Below, one piece after another: positions 1 to 9,707 of a stretch of 64,000 nucleotides of DNA. Location: NCBI GenBank assembly GCA_903918045.1, contig CAIXCY010000082.1, forward strand, positions 63,730-127,729, given 5' to 3'. The translations under genes and the position numbers were made by a program. Source of the DNA: an uncultured Bacteroidia bacterium. GTDB lineage: Bacteria; Bacteroidota; Bacteroidia; Bacteroidales; Prolixibacteraceae. The notes beneath the pieces are model-generated. The model did not search any database. It was given only the letters and a program-made list of their open reading frames with translations, and was not told the DNA's origin. Each line of letters starts with the position of its first letter. The first letter of the stretch is position 1.

Positions 1-1
1 T

Positions 2-1366
2 CATCAGCGTTCCAATTCGCCACAGGAACTTGATGCCGACAAGAACCTGCAGCTTTTCGGAAGCGACAAAACGGTCGATTTGCACGGCGGTTGGTGCGAT
101 GCCTCGGGTGATATCAGCAAATACTTTTCGCACCTGGCTTATACAAATTTTATGTCGCCCCAACAGATTCCGATGGTGACCTGGGCAATGGTAAATACCG
201 CAGAAACAACCTCCAAACTTTTAAAGGAGATTAATGCCCAGGAATCCTTAATGCAGGAGGCACTCTACGGTGCCGATTATATCCTTCGATCGCTTTCGCC
301 CGAAGGTTATTTTTATATGACCGTTTTCTCCTATTTCAACAAAGATCCAAAGGCGCGTAGAGTGGTCGGACTACTCGCCGACAGCAAAACAACTTCCGAT
401 TATCAGTGCGCCTGGCGCGAAGGGGGCGGAATGGCTGTTGCAGCGCTGGCCCGGATTTCACAATGGAAGAGGGATGGTGATTTCACCGCGGCACAATATC
501 TTGCCGGCGCTGAAAAAGGATTTGCACATCTTTTAATAAATAGCACCAAATATGCCGATGATGGAAAAGACAATGTGATTGATGACTATTGTGCCCTAAT
601 GGCTGCTTCCGAATTGTGGAAGGCAACCGGTAAAACAGTATACCGTGACGAGGCGCGTAAACGGTCAAAAAGTCTGGCAAAAAGAGTAACTCCACAGGGA
701 TACTTTCTGGCTAATGACGCTAATCGTCCTTTCTGGCATGCCGCGGATGCCGGTCTGCCGGTCATCGCACTTGCCCGGTACCTTGATGTTGAGAAAGATC
801 CTGGTTTTCGAAAACCGGCTTTAGTAACCATAAAAATAGCTCTTGATTACAACCTGAAAGTTACGTGTGAAGTCGCTAATCCATTTGGATACCCGCGACA
901 GAGCTTTCTAAATAACGGAAAAGTTCAAAATGGATTTTTTATCCCTCACGAAAATGAGAGCGGCTGGTGGTGGCAGGGTGAAGATGCGCGATTGGGATCG
1001 CTTGCAACTGCCGCCATTGTAGGTGGTCGGCTTGTTTATCCCGGCAATGCTGCATTCGGAGTAAACCAGCAACTTGCAGAATATGCAAGTCACCTCGTAT
1101 CGTGGATACTTGGATGCAATCCATATAACATTTGCATGATGTACGGCTACGGAAGGAATAATGTGCCGTATATGAGTTCGATGTATGGCCATGGCTCGGG
1201 CAGAGGTGGTATTTCAAATGGAATCACCGGAAAAGACGGGCATGGCGACGGATCAGGCATCGACTTTAAAATAGAGGACCATGGCAATGAATGGCGCTGG
1301 AGCGAACAATGGATACCTCATTCGGGGTGGTTCCTGCAGGCTGTGGCAGCGATGTCGGCTGAATAA
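2..1366 (+). CDS. Glycoside hydrolase family 9-like (alpha/alpha)6 enzyme, 5' end outside the window
   Basis: The frame is open from base 2, with no stop upstream of the listed TTG at 80, so the gene begins before the window. 'DLHGGWCDASGD' resembles the GH9 GGW-DAGD catalytic box. 'NPYNICMMYGYG' and 'HSGWF' are GH9-core-like. Confidence 0.55.
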   Translation, partial: HQRSNSPQELDADKNLQLFGSDKTVDLHGGWCDASGDISKYFSHLAYTNFMSPQQIPMVTWAMVNTAETTSKLLKEINAQESLMQEALYGADYILRSLSPEGYFYMTVFSYFNKDPKARRVVGLLADSKTTSDYQCAWREGGGMAVAALARISQWKRDGDFTAAQYLAGAEKGFAHLLINSTKYADDGKDNVIDDYCALMAASELWKATGKTVYRDEARKRSKSLAKRVTPQGYFLANDANRPFWHAADAGLPVIALARYLDVEKDPGFRKPALVTIKIALDYNLKVTCEVANPFGYPRQSFLNNGKVQNGFFIPHENESGWWWQGEDARLGSLATAAIVGGRLVYPGNAAFGVNQQLAEYASHLVSWILGCNPYNICMMYGYGRNNVPYMSSMYGHGSGRGGISNGITGKDGHGDGSGIDFKIEDHGNEWRWSEQWIPHSGWFLQAVAAMSAE

Positions 1367-1463
1367 TTATTTTGAATTTATTTTTTTCTTTGCAGCTTTG
1401 CGTCTTAGCGTGAGAAAAAAGTTATACAGGAGATTAAAATAAACAATATTCAAAAATTCACCT

Positions 1464-2231
1464 ATGAAAAACTTATTCATCAAAGTAGTTGCTGCACTTG
1501 GGATAGTCCTTGCGCTGAATGCAAGCCTGTTCGCACAAGCACCCAAATTTAAGGTGCTTATCCTTGCCGAACGTGGCGGATACCATGAAGGATTTGTTGT
1601 TGCTGCCCTCGAATGGCTCACCAAATTGGCGCCCGAAAAAGGGTTTGAATTCACCGTAGTTAATAATACCAACCTGATTGATGAAGCTTATCTTTCAAAA
1701 TACAAGGTATTTATGCAGTTGAATTATCCCCCCTACATGTGGACCGACAAGGCTAAGAAGGCCTTTGTCAACTATATAGAGGAGGGTCGCGGTGGCTGGG
1801 TCGGATTTCATCACGCTTCGTTACTTGGCGAATTTGACGGCTATCAGCTGTGGGACTGGTTCTCCGGTTTTATGGGAGGGATCAGATATAAAAACTATAT
1901 TGCCGCGACAACGTCAGGTAAAGTAAACATTGAGGAGAGTCAACACCCTGTGATGAAAGGGGTCCCCCCCTCATTTGTAATTCCCGATGATGAGTGGTAT
2001 ACTTTTGATAAAAATCCGCGGCCAAATGTCCATGTGCTCGCTTCGGTCGATGAATCAACATACACCATTGCGACCGATATCAGGATGGGAGATCACCCGG
2101 TGATCTGGGTCAACGAAAAGATGAAAGCCAGGAACGTCTATTTCCTTATGGGGCATCATGCCAATCTGCTCACCTCTGCACCATTTAAAACGATGGTGAC
2201 GAATGCCATTTTATGGACTGCAGGAGAATAA
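1464..2231 (+). CDS. ThuA-like (trehalose utilisation) domain protein, secreted
   Basis: N-terminal signal peptide (…LNASLFAQA). ThuA-like blocks 'GGWVGFHHA', 'DEWYTF', 'HPVIW', 'GHH'. Confidence 0.65.
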   Translation: MKNLFIKVVAALGIVLALNASLFAQAPKFKVLILAERGGYHEGFVVAALEWLTKLAPEKGFEFTVVNNTNLIDEAYLSKYKVFMQLNYPPYMWTDKAKKAFVNYIEEGRGGWVGFHHASLLGEFDGYQLWDWFSGFMGGIRYKNYIAATTSGKVNIEESQHPVMKGVPPSFVIPDDEWYTFDKNPRPNVHVLASVDESTYTIATDIRMGDHPVIWVNEKMKARNVYFLMGHHANLLTSAPFKTMVTNAILWTAGE

Positions 2232-2275
2232 TCAGGATTTAATTCATTATTCAGAAAACTGTAATTTGAACCACT

Positions 2276-2689
2276 ATGCGAAAATATCTGATCGCAACTC
2301 ACGGAACATTTGCTGGCGGTATAAAATCATCCCTCGATATTATTCTTGGGGAATCTGAAACTATAAATCTGATTGAGGCCTACACCGAAACCAATAAATC
2401 ACTTCAGGAAGATATCGAAGAGGTAATGACACAACTTATTCCGGAGGATGAGCTTATCGTATTTACCGATCTTTTGGGGGGAAGCATTACAAATCAGATC
2501 CTGCAGTTTGGATTAAGGGAGAATATCTTTATCGTGGCGGGAATTAATCTTCCCCTTTTGCTCGACATCATGCTTGCCGATTCAGAAACTCCAATTAATG
2601 AGGTTATTGAAAATGGTATTGAAAATGGCCGGGAGCAAATGGTTTTTGTGAATAAATTAATAAATTCAACCAAAGAGAATTATGATTAA
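2276..2689 (+). CDS. PTS mannose/sorbose-family EIIA component
   Basis: 'YLIATHGTFAGG' matches the EIIA-Man active-site His context. About 137 aa. Its stop overlaps the EIIB start (ATGATTAA). Confidence 0.8.
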   Translation: MRKYLIATHGTFAGGIKSSLDIILGESETINLIEAYTETNKSLQEDIEEVMTQLIPEDELIVFTDLLGGSITNQILQFGLRENIFIVAGINLPLLLDIMLADSETPINEVIENGIENGREQMVFVNKLINSTKENYD

Positions 2690-3152
2690 ATTGGTACGCA
2701 TAGACGACCGGTTGGTGCATGGTCAGGTGGCATTTACCTGGGTATCTGCTCTTGGAATCGACTGTCTGGTGGTGGCGAATGAAAAAGTTGCCCAGGACGA
2801 ATTCCTGAAGATGACCATGGGACTGGCAAAACCACCCGCTGCAAAACTGTTGATTTTAACCATTGCAAATGCGATTACCTGGCTCAATGATCCTAGGGGA
2901 AAGAACCTTAAAATCCTGGTTCTTGTGAATAGCATAAACGACGCATTTCTACTTTCGGAAGGTGTTGCTGAAATTCAATCCATCAACTTTGGTGGTATCC
3001 GTACCAAAGATGGGTCCAGACTAATATCAAAGGCAATTGCGGTAAATGAAGAAGATGTAATCACAATTCACCAGATGGTTGCGAAAGGGCTTGAGCTCGA
3101 GATCAGACAGGTTCCGACCGATAAAAAACAACTTGTAGAGAATTTAATTTAA
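2682..3152 (+). CDS. PTS mannose/sorbose-family EIIB component
   Basis: 'LVRIDDRLVHGQV' is the EIIB-Man phospho-His signature. 156 aa. Confidence 0.85.
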   Translation: MIKLVRIDDRLVHGQVAFTWVSALGIDCLVVANEKVAQDEFLKMTMGLAKPPAAKLLILTIANAITWLNDPRGKNLKILVLVNSINDAFLLSEGVAEIQSINFGGIRTKDGSRLISKAIAVNEEDVITIHQMVAKGLELEIRQVPTDKKQLVENLI

Positions 3153-3164
3153 GGAGGATATAAA

Positions 3165-3557
3165 GTGATCATTACCTATCTGTTAATCACCCTAATTGCG
3201 ATGTTTGGCCACCTCGAAGATTTCCTGGGAACCTCATTGCTGAGCCGTCCGCTGGTTCTGGGGCCTTTGGTTGGGCTCGTACTTGGCGACATGACCCAGG
3301 GGATAATTATTGGTGCAACCCTGGAACTAATTTTCATGGGAAACATTAAAGTCGGAGCTGCAATTCCACCCGATGTTATCAGTGGTGGCGTACTGGGAAC
3401 CGCCTTTGCAATTATGTCAGGGAAGGGACCTGAGATTGCACTTGCCATTGCTGTTCCGGTTTCCATCCTGGCTGAAATGTTGATCAGTGGCCTTTTTGTT
3501 TTCCGGCCAATGTTCAACAGCCGGTTTAACCGATACGCTGAAGCGGGGAAATTGTGA
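3165..3557 (+). pseudogene. PTS mannose-family EIIC, truncated to about half length
   Basis: 130 aa of hydrophobic EIIC-Man-like sequence ('IIGATLELIFMG', 'FNSRFNRYAE') ends at TGA 3555-3557. Full-length EIIC-Man is roughly twice this size. No EIID follows. A convergent gene ends at 3624. Confidence 0.6.
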
Positions 3558-3623
3558 GATCTTACTTGACACAGCGGCAGCGGCACGAATAATCGGAAAA
3601 ATTAAACTGAGCAGACTAACCAA

Positions 3624-3998
3624 TTAGTTGATGGCCATTTCCTTTGGATCGGATCCATACCGGTTTTGGCCGTCAACACCATTTGAACAAAAAAGAATAA
3701 TCAGCCAGATTAGTCCGAGTACCGGCACTAAAACGATAAGCGAGAACCACCCGCTTTTTCCTACATCATGAAGCCTGCGGATCGAAACTGCGAATGTGGG
3801 AATAAGAATCGCTGTGATATAAACATAATTGAATAATCCATAGGGAAGACCTGCAGCAGTCAAACCTAATATATTGTCCGTTGCAATAGCCAGAAGAATG
3901 AAGACCAGATTATAAAAGAGAAACTTTCCCAACTCTTTTCTGCTTGCTCTTCCCCGAAGCACATCATACTTTTTAAGCGCTAATAAATACCATTTCAT
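3624..3998 (-). CDS. DUF805-family inner membrane protein
   Basis: 'RGRASRKE' N-terminal motif followed by 3-4 TM helices, as is typical of DUF805 (YhaH-like). Confidence 0.7.
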   Translation of the reverse strand: MKWYLLALKKYDVLRGRASRKELGKFLFYNLVFILLAIATDNILGLTAAGLPYGLFNYVYITAILIPTFAVSIRRLHDVGKSGWFSLIVLVPVLGLIWLIILFCSNGVDGQNRYGSDPKEMAIN

Positions 3999-4036
3999 CT
4001 TTAAATAATTATTCGTTAATCGATATAAATTTCAAT

Positions 4037-4528
4037 TCAGAAAGCTCTGATAGCACGCACAAAATAAGTGCCGCTCTTCTCATATTTAAACTGAACACCA
4101 TTACTAAAGAACTGAAGCCAGGCAGAATTTTCATCACATTCGCTAGAACTCCAGTAAAAGGAACTTTGAAAACCTCCAATTCGAGTTCTGCTAATGTAAA
4201 GCAGGTTTAATTCATCCTTGCTGGGTAAATACCAGTCAGAATACCCACCCCCCCGGTATGAACGCGCTATTCCCGCAGCATAGGCTGAAGATCGGCTACC
4301 TGTGCTGTTATAGATTTTATTCGTATTTGCAAGTCCGGAACCTAATTCAACTCCTGACGCACCTAAAATTTGTTTAAAATATTTAATCCAGACGATCCCA
4401 TTACTTTGATCGGCTTTGGCCGCAATTAACCCATGTAATCCGGTTTCGTCAAGATATGCAATTTTGCCCCCTCTGTATCTATCTCCAACAACTAATTTCC
4501 TGAATTTAAACAGGTTAAGAATATTCAT
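4037..4528 (-). CDS. DUF1566 (Lcl C-terminal-like) domain protein
   Basis: 'DWYLPSKDELNLLY', 'YWSSSE' and 'VRAIRAF' match the DUF1566 pattern. Confidence 0.65.
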   Translation of the reverse strand: MNILNLFKFRKLVVGDRYRGGKIAYLDETGLHGLIAAKADQSNGIVWIKYFKQILGASGVELGSGLANTNKIYNSTGSRSSAYAAGIARSYRGGGYSDWYLPSKDELNLLYISRTRIGGFQSSFYWSSSECDENSAWLQFFSNGVQFKYEKSGTYFVRAIRAF

Positions 4529-4571
4529 TCGTTATAAATTATCTCAGATTAACTATAATAACTAATTTTAT

Positions 4572-5147
4572 TTATATGGTCCTCAATTCCGGTGAAATGG
4601 ATCGGGATGATGGATTTTGGAAAATTGAATTTCCATTTATGACCTCAGTTGCCAGCTCATTTTGCCAAATTCCATTTACCGGTGGGTCATAAGTCATCAG
4701 TGAAAGGTCCTGATTATATAATGCTCCGCTTTGTCTGAATCCTAATTTATTCAGAATATGAATCATCGGCTGCTTTCGCGTCGTCGCATAAATTGGGAGG
4801 GACCTGATCTGATAAAAAATTGTTGTAAGCAACTGTTGACAATGCCCCTGATTTTCAAAATCAGGATGCGTAACAATATAACCAAGCTCCTTATGGTAAT
4901 TTTTCGATGATTCCAGATCCGCCAGCCGAAAAACTTTTTCTTTATACTCTTTGTATGGGTTCTTTAAAGTTGCTGTACAAATAACAGTCCCGTCGAGAAT
5001 CATATAACCGACAAAATCGGCATGACCGATTAAGATTCTGATCGCCTGACGATCCCCTTTTATTTGTCCGCCCCTGACAATTAGATCAATAATCTGGCTC
5101 AGATGCACCTCATCAATTTTGTTTGGCTTGCTTATTCTGATTTCCAT
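4572..5147 (-). CDS. GNAT-family N-acetyltransferase
   Basis: 'GYIVTHPDFENQGHCQQLLTTI' fits the GNAT motif A (Q/RxxGxG/A-like). I chose the internal ATG at 5147 (MEIRISK...) over the ORF-track start at 5213. Confidence 0.55.
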   Translation of the reverse strand: MEIRISKPNKIDEVHLSQIIDLIVRGGQIKGDRQAIRILIGHADFVGYMILDGTVICTATLKNPYKEYKEKVFRLADLESSKNYHKELGYIVTHPDFENQGHCQQLLTTIFYQIRSLPIYATTRKQPMIHILNKLGFRQSGALYNQDLSLMTYDPPVNGIWQNELATEVINGNSIFQNPSSRSISPELRTI

Positions 5148-5385
5148 ATCTCCTCCGATTTTGATTCGAAAATAGGTTATCACTATTACAGAAATATTCC
5201 AAAATGGATACAATACGATTAAACCTCCTTTTAAAATTTCAGATTGAAACCGGAATATTTCAACGAATCGTTATTCACTTCTCTCTTTTTAATCAGAATG
5301 TAATATATTCGCAACGAAAGTTTAACACCTTAAAAGGAAGTTTGCATTTTTACCAATAAAGCCGAAAATCATCTTAACCGTCTAT

Positions 5386-6138
5386 ATGGAAAAAATAAGG
5401 TTGGTAATTTTTGATCTTTCCGGGACTACGGTTAGTGACGATAATGCAGTTGCGAAATGTCTGTTTGAGGGGGCGCAACATTTTGGTCTGCGGACTACAA
5501 TTGAGGATTTTGAAAAAACGATTGGAACCAATAAAATTCATTTGTATGAATTTATGCTTGCCAGAGACTTTGGAGAGCCTGTTCAAATTGAGAACCTTGA
5601 GCAATATCTTTTTCCACAGTACCATAATCAGGCGATTGAAATATTTAAGTATTACTCGGTTCTTATGATCGATCATTACAAGAGAGCAGTAAAAGCTATT
5701 CCCGGAACTGAAGAGACCTTTAACTGGTGCCATAACAATGACATTAAGGTAGTTACGGATACCGGATTTCACAAGGATGTAAATACCGCTATCATGGATG
5801 GACTGCAATGGAGAGAGCGGGGACTCGTAGATTTTGCGCTGGACGTGGAAGACACAGGCGAAATTGGAAGGCCTGCCCCGTTTATGATTTTCAAGGCAAT
5901 GGCTCTGACTGGAGTGCAAAGTGTCCATGAAGTAATTAAAATCGGTGATACACCCGCGGACCTTCTTTCAGGCTATAATGCTGGCTGTAAAGGAAATATC
6001 GGTGTATTGAGCGGTGCTAACCGCATTGAAACATTAAGAATTTATCCCCATACCCATATTATTAACAGTGTTGCTGACCTTCCTGAACTGATTGGCAAAA
6101 CGTTTAATGGTTCACCTAATAAATTAAGAATTGTATGA
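5386..6138 (+). CDS. Phosphonatase-like HAD hydrolase (PhnX paralogue)
   Basis: Motif I 'FDLSGTT' compares with PhnX 'FDWAGT'. It has a cap-domain 'GTNKIH' (Lys-His as in the PhnX Schiff-base region), 'GRPAPFMIFKA' (Arg rather than the usual HAD Lys) and 'GDTPADL'. Confidence 0.65.
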   Translation: MEKIRLVIFDLSGTTVSDDNAVAKCLFEGAQHFGLRTTIEDFEKTIGTNKIHLYEFMLARDFGEPVQIENLEQYLFPQYHNQAIEIFKYYSVLMIDHYKRAVKAIPGTEETFNWCHNNDIKVVTDTGFHKDVNTAIMDGLQWRERGLVDFALDVEDTGEIGRPAPFMIFKAMALTGVQSVHEVIKIGDTPADLLSGYNAGCKGNIGVLSGANRIETLRIYPHTHIINSVADLPELIGKTFNGSPNKLRIV

Positions 6139-7454
6139 CAGTACCAATGTCCACTTCCACTCCTAAAATAAAAGCACAGGAGATTCGTTTCGTTATTTTT
6201 GCCGCAATTGCGGCCTTTATAACCTACCTGAGCATGTATGCTTTTAGAAAACCCTTTTCTGCCGGCACATTCGATGGTCTTGCGATCTGGGGCATCGATT
6301 ATAAAATCCTCCTGATAATCTCCCAGTTAATCGGTTATACACTATCTAAATATTTGGGTATTAAAATAATATCTGAATTAAATCATGATAGTCGGACCAA
6401 AACACTAATTTTTCTAATGGGTACTGCATGGGTTATGCTCTTGCTCTTTGCAATTATTCCTTACCCCTACAATTTCCCGTTTATGTTTCTGAACGGTTTG
6501 CCGCTGGGGATGATCTGGGGAGTGGTATTCAGTTATATTGAAGGTCGTCGCTACACCGAATTACTTGGGGCAGTAATGGCATCAAGTTTTATACTATCCT
6601 CAGGAATTGTAAAGGGTGTAGGAAGATTTATGATTGACAATTTTCACGTCAGCGAGATGTGGATGCCTTTCCTTGTGGGCCTTGCATTTGTCCCTTTGCT
6701 TTTGCTTGGAATTTATATGCTAAGCCAGCTGCCTCCGCCGGATGAAACAGATATCGCACTTCGGACTGAACGTATTCCGATGAACAGTCATCAACGAATA
6801 GCCTTCTTCCTGAGATTTGCCCCGGGTTTTATTCTTTCTATCCTGATTTATATCGCGCTTACTATTTTTCGGGACTTGCGCGATAATTTTGCAGTAGAGT
6901 TCTGGAAGGGATTAGGATTCAGTAATACCCCTAAGATGCTGGTGATGACGGAAGTTCCTATTGCACTTTTTGTCCTTGTGATCATTTCACTGATGATTAT
7001 GATCCGAAATAACCGCCTTGCCTTTTATTCAACTTTTGCAATTATCTTTATAAGTGGCATTTTACTCCTGGGGTCGACACTTATGTTTAGCGCCGGAATT
7101 TTAGATCCTGTAAAATGGATGGTTATTGCCGGTTTTTCGATGTATCTCTCTTACCTGATTTACAACACCGTTTTTTTTGAACGATGGATTGCACACTTTC
7201 GGGTTAAGAGTAATATCGGATTTTTGATTTATGTTTCAGATGCAATCGGCTATCTTGGTAGCACAGCGGTGTTATTATTCAAAAATTTCAGTCATACAAA
7301 AATTAGTTGGGTCGAATTCCTAAAGATTAGCGCCCTCTCAACCGGTGTTATTATGGTCTTCCTCTCTTTACTCGCATTCCTTTACTTTAAGAATCTCGAG
7401 AAAAGAGCCATTTCCATAGAACCACTAATTGCTGAAAATGATGGACACAAGTAG
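6135..7454 (+). CDS. Polytopic (about 12 TM) membrane protein, putative phosphonate-related transporter
   Basis: 439 aa, hydrophobic throughout. The ATGA start/stop overlap with the upstream HAD gene suggests translational coupling. It sits inside the phosphonate cluster. Confidence 0.55.
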   Translation: MTVPMSTSTPKIKAQEIRFVIFAAIAAFITYLSMYAFRKPFSAGTFDGLAIWGIDYKILLIISQLIGYTLSKYLGIKIISELNHDSRTKTLIFLMGTAWVMLLLFAIIPYPYNFPFMFLNGLPLGMIWGVVFSYIEGRRYTELLGAVMASSFILSSGIVKGVGRFMIDNFHVSEMWMPFLVGLAFVPLLLLGIYMLSQLPPPDETDIALRTERIPMNSHQRIAFFLRFAPGFILSILIYIALTIFRDLRDNFAVEFWKGLGFSNTPKMLVMTEVPIALFVLVIISLMIMIRNNRLAFYSTFAIIFISGILLLGSTLMFSAGILDPVKWMVIAGFSMYLSYLIYNTVFFERWIAHFRVKSNIGFLIYVSDAIGYLGSTAVLLFKNFSHTKISWVEFLKISALSTGVIMVFLSLLAFLYFKNLEKRAISIEPLIAENDGHK

Positions 7455-8790
7455 TTTATTTACAGAGGGGGATATCAATAGCTCCGATGAACGGAGAATG
7501 TGGAATCAACAGATTGCCGACCCGTTGTCGCGAGAGGTGCTCAATGACGATGCCCGTTATTTTTTACATCAGTCCATGTCGACACCCTGTCTCGATGTCT
7601 TGGAAAGTTGCAAAGGGAGTGGGATGAAAACCCTTTCAGGCAAATACTTACTCGATTTCCATGGAAATAATGTGCACCAGCTGGGTTATGGGAATGACTA
7701 TATAATAGGTCAGATCAAGGCACAAATGGATCGTTTGTCGTTCTCACCGCGTCGGTATACCAATCAACCAGCTGTTGAATTAGCCAAAAAACTGGCGGCA
7801 CTCCTTCCGGGAGATCTGAACCGTTCCTTATTTGCACCGGGTGGCACCTCTGTTATTGGAATTGCTTTGAAACTGGCAAGGGTGGTCACTGGTAAACACA
7901 AGATTGTTTCGCTCTGGGACTCTTTTCACGGCGCCTCGATGGATGCAATTTCAGCGGGTGGGGAGGCAGTTTTCAAGAAACACCTGGGTCCAATGATGCC
8001 TGGAGTAATCGGCATTCCTCCCCCGACCCATTATCGCGGGATTTTTGGTTTTACAGACAATGATCAACTCAGATATGCCGACTACCTCGAATATGTTATT
8101 GAAAAAGAGGGGGATATTGGCGCCTTTATTGCTGAAACAATTCGTAATACCGACGTTCAGATTCCCACAAAAACTTACTGGAAACGAGTTCGCGAAATCT
8201 GCGACAAGCATGGGGTACTCTTAATTCTGGATGAAATTCCAATTGCCCTTGGACGCACCGGAAAAATGTTTGCTTTTGAGAATTTCGGAATTGAACCAGA
8301 TATCCTTTGTCTTGGAAAGGGGCTAGGTGGAGGAATAATCCCCTTTGCTGCAATGATTGCCAGAGACAGGTTCAATGTGGCCTCAGATGTCTCACTTGGC
8401 CACTACACCCATGAAAAAAATCCGCTTGGAAGCGTGGCTGCAAATGCAACGATATCCTATCTTGAAGATCATAATTTATTGCAAAAAGTAACCTCCGACG
8501 GTGTGTGGATGCATTCGCAGTTAAACGGGTTAAAAGAGCGATTTCAATTAATCGGTGATATCCGCGGGATCGGACTTTTGTGGGGAATAGAACTGGTCAG
8601 GAACCGTACAACAAAGGAGAAGGCAAACCGCGAGGCGGAGAAAATAATGTACCATTGTATGCGTGAAGGGTTAAGTTTTAAAGTTTCACAAGGAAATGTT
8701 TTGCAGCTCTCTCCTGCCCTTACGATCAGCCGTGAGGAATTAGCATCGGCTTTGGTAATTTTAACCTCCGCCTTGGAAAGTCTAATCTAA
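7438..8790 (+). CDS. Class-III aminotransferase-fold PLP enzyme (possible PbfA-like aminophosphonate lyase or transaminase)
   Basis: 'DSFHGAS', 'LILDEIP..GRTGKMFAFE' and 'LCLGKGLGGG' (PLP Lys) are class-III aminotransferase hallmarks. The ATG at 7438 is preferred over the TTG at 7429. Confidence 0.8.
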   Translation: MMDTSSLFTEGDINSSDERRMWNQQIADPLSREVLNDDARYFLHQSMSTPCLDVLESCKGSGMKTLSGKYLLDFHGNNVHQLGYGNDYIIGQIKAQMDRLSFSPRRYTNQPAVELAKKLAALLPGDLNRSLFAPGGTSVIGIALKLARVVTGKHKIVSLWDSFHGASMDAISAGGEAVFKKHLGPMMPGVIGIPPPTHYRGIFGFTDNDQLRYADYLEYVIEKEGDIGAFIAETIRNTDVQIPTKTYWKRVREICDKHGVLLILDEIPIALGRTGKMFAFENFGIEPDILCLGKGLGGGIIPFAAMIARDRFNVASDVSLGHYTHEKNPLGSVAANATISYLEDHNLLQKVTSDGVWMHSQLNGLKERFQLIGDIRGIGLLWGIELVRNRTTKEKANREAEKIMYHCMREGLSFKVSQGNVLQLSPALTISREELASALVILTSALESLI

Positions 8791-8846
8791 AAATCTGAAT
8801 TGCTTCTATTTGAATATTAAATAATAAAATCTTTAAAACGAGCATC

Positions 8847-9662
8847 ATGAAAAAACTTGAAAATATTAAGGCGGTTATTTTTGACTGGGCAGGAACAATC
8901 ATCGACTTCGGATGCATCGCCCCAACACAGGTATTTATTGAGGTATTCGAACGAAGGGGAATCAAAGTGACAGTTGATGAGGCCCGCGGGCCCATGGGCC
9001 TTGCCAAAAAAGACCATGTTCGCGCACTAATCAGGCTTGAATCAGTTGAACAACAGTGGAATAAAAAATTTGGAGTATCACCATCCGAATCCGATGTAGA
9101 TGCCATTTATGCCGAGCTGAATCCTGGTCTTGCGCTGATTGTAAAAAACTTTAGTGAACCCATTCCCGGAGCAATCGAATTAATTAATCAGCTAAAAAGC
9201 CAAGGGATTAAAGTTGGCACAACAACCGGATATGTTGTTGAAATGATGGATAATATTCTGCCTCTGGCTTCGGCTGCCGGATTAATACCCGATTCAGTCG
9301 TAAATTCCTCTGAAGTAGTATTTGGCAGACCTGCACCCTGGATGATCTACAAAAATTGTGAAATAATGGATGTTTATCCACTATCAGCGATGGTGAAAAT
9401 CGGGGATACTGTGGCCGATATCCAGGAGGGGATTAACGCCGGGTTATGGACTATCGGCCTCACAAAATCGGGAAACGAGGTGGGGCTATCCCATGAAGAG
9501 GCAGAAAAAGCAGACCCTTCATGGCTAAAGGAGAGAATTGGTTTTGCTTCACATAAACTACTTGACGCCGGAGCCGACTTTGTAGCCGAAGGTGTTTGGG
9601 AGTGCTGGCCAATCCTTGAAGAGATAGACCGCAGAATTGCACAAAAATCAGGTAAGATTTAG
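8847..9662 (+). CDS. phnX: Phosphonoacetaldehyde hydrolase (phosphonatase)
   Basis: 'AVIFDWAGTIIDFGC', 'ARGPMGLAKKDHV', 'GRPAPWMIY' and 'GDTVADI' are the PhnX-specific HAD motifs. Confidence 0.9.
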   Translation: MKKLENIKAVIFDWAGTIIDFGCIAPTQVFIEVFERRGIKVTVDEARGPMGLAKKDHVRALIRLESVEQQWNKKFGVSPSESDVDAIYAELNPGLALIVKNFSEPIPGAIELINQLKSQGIKVGTTTGYVVEMMDNILPLASAAGLIPDSVVNSSEVVFGRPAPWMIYKNCEIMDVYPLSAMVKIGDTVADIQEGINAGLWTIGLTKSGNEVGLSHEEAEKADPSWLKERIGFASHKLLDAGADFVAEGVWECWPILEEIDRRIAQKSGKI

Positions 9663-9707
9663 ACTTTAAACTATTCGTATTACTTGATACTAATTTAATT
9701 TTTTAAA

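Noticed and set aside
5214-5385. Pho-box-like array upstream of the phosphonate cluster
   Set aside because: There is only one TGTAAT hexamer (5299), with no partners at an 11-bp spacing. This is not enough to call.
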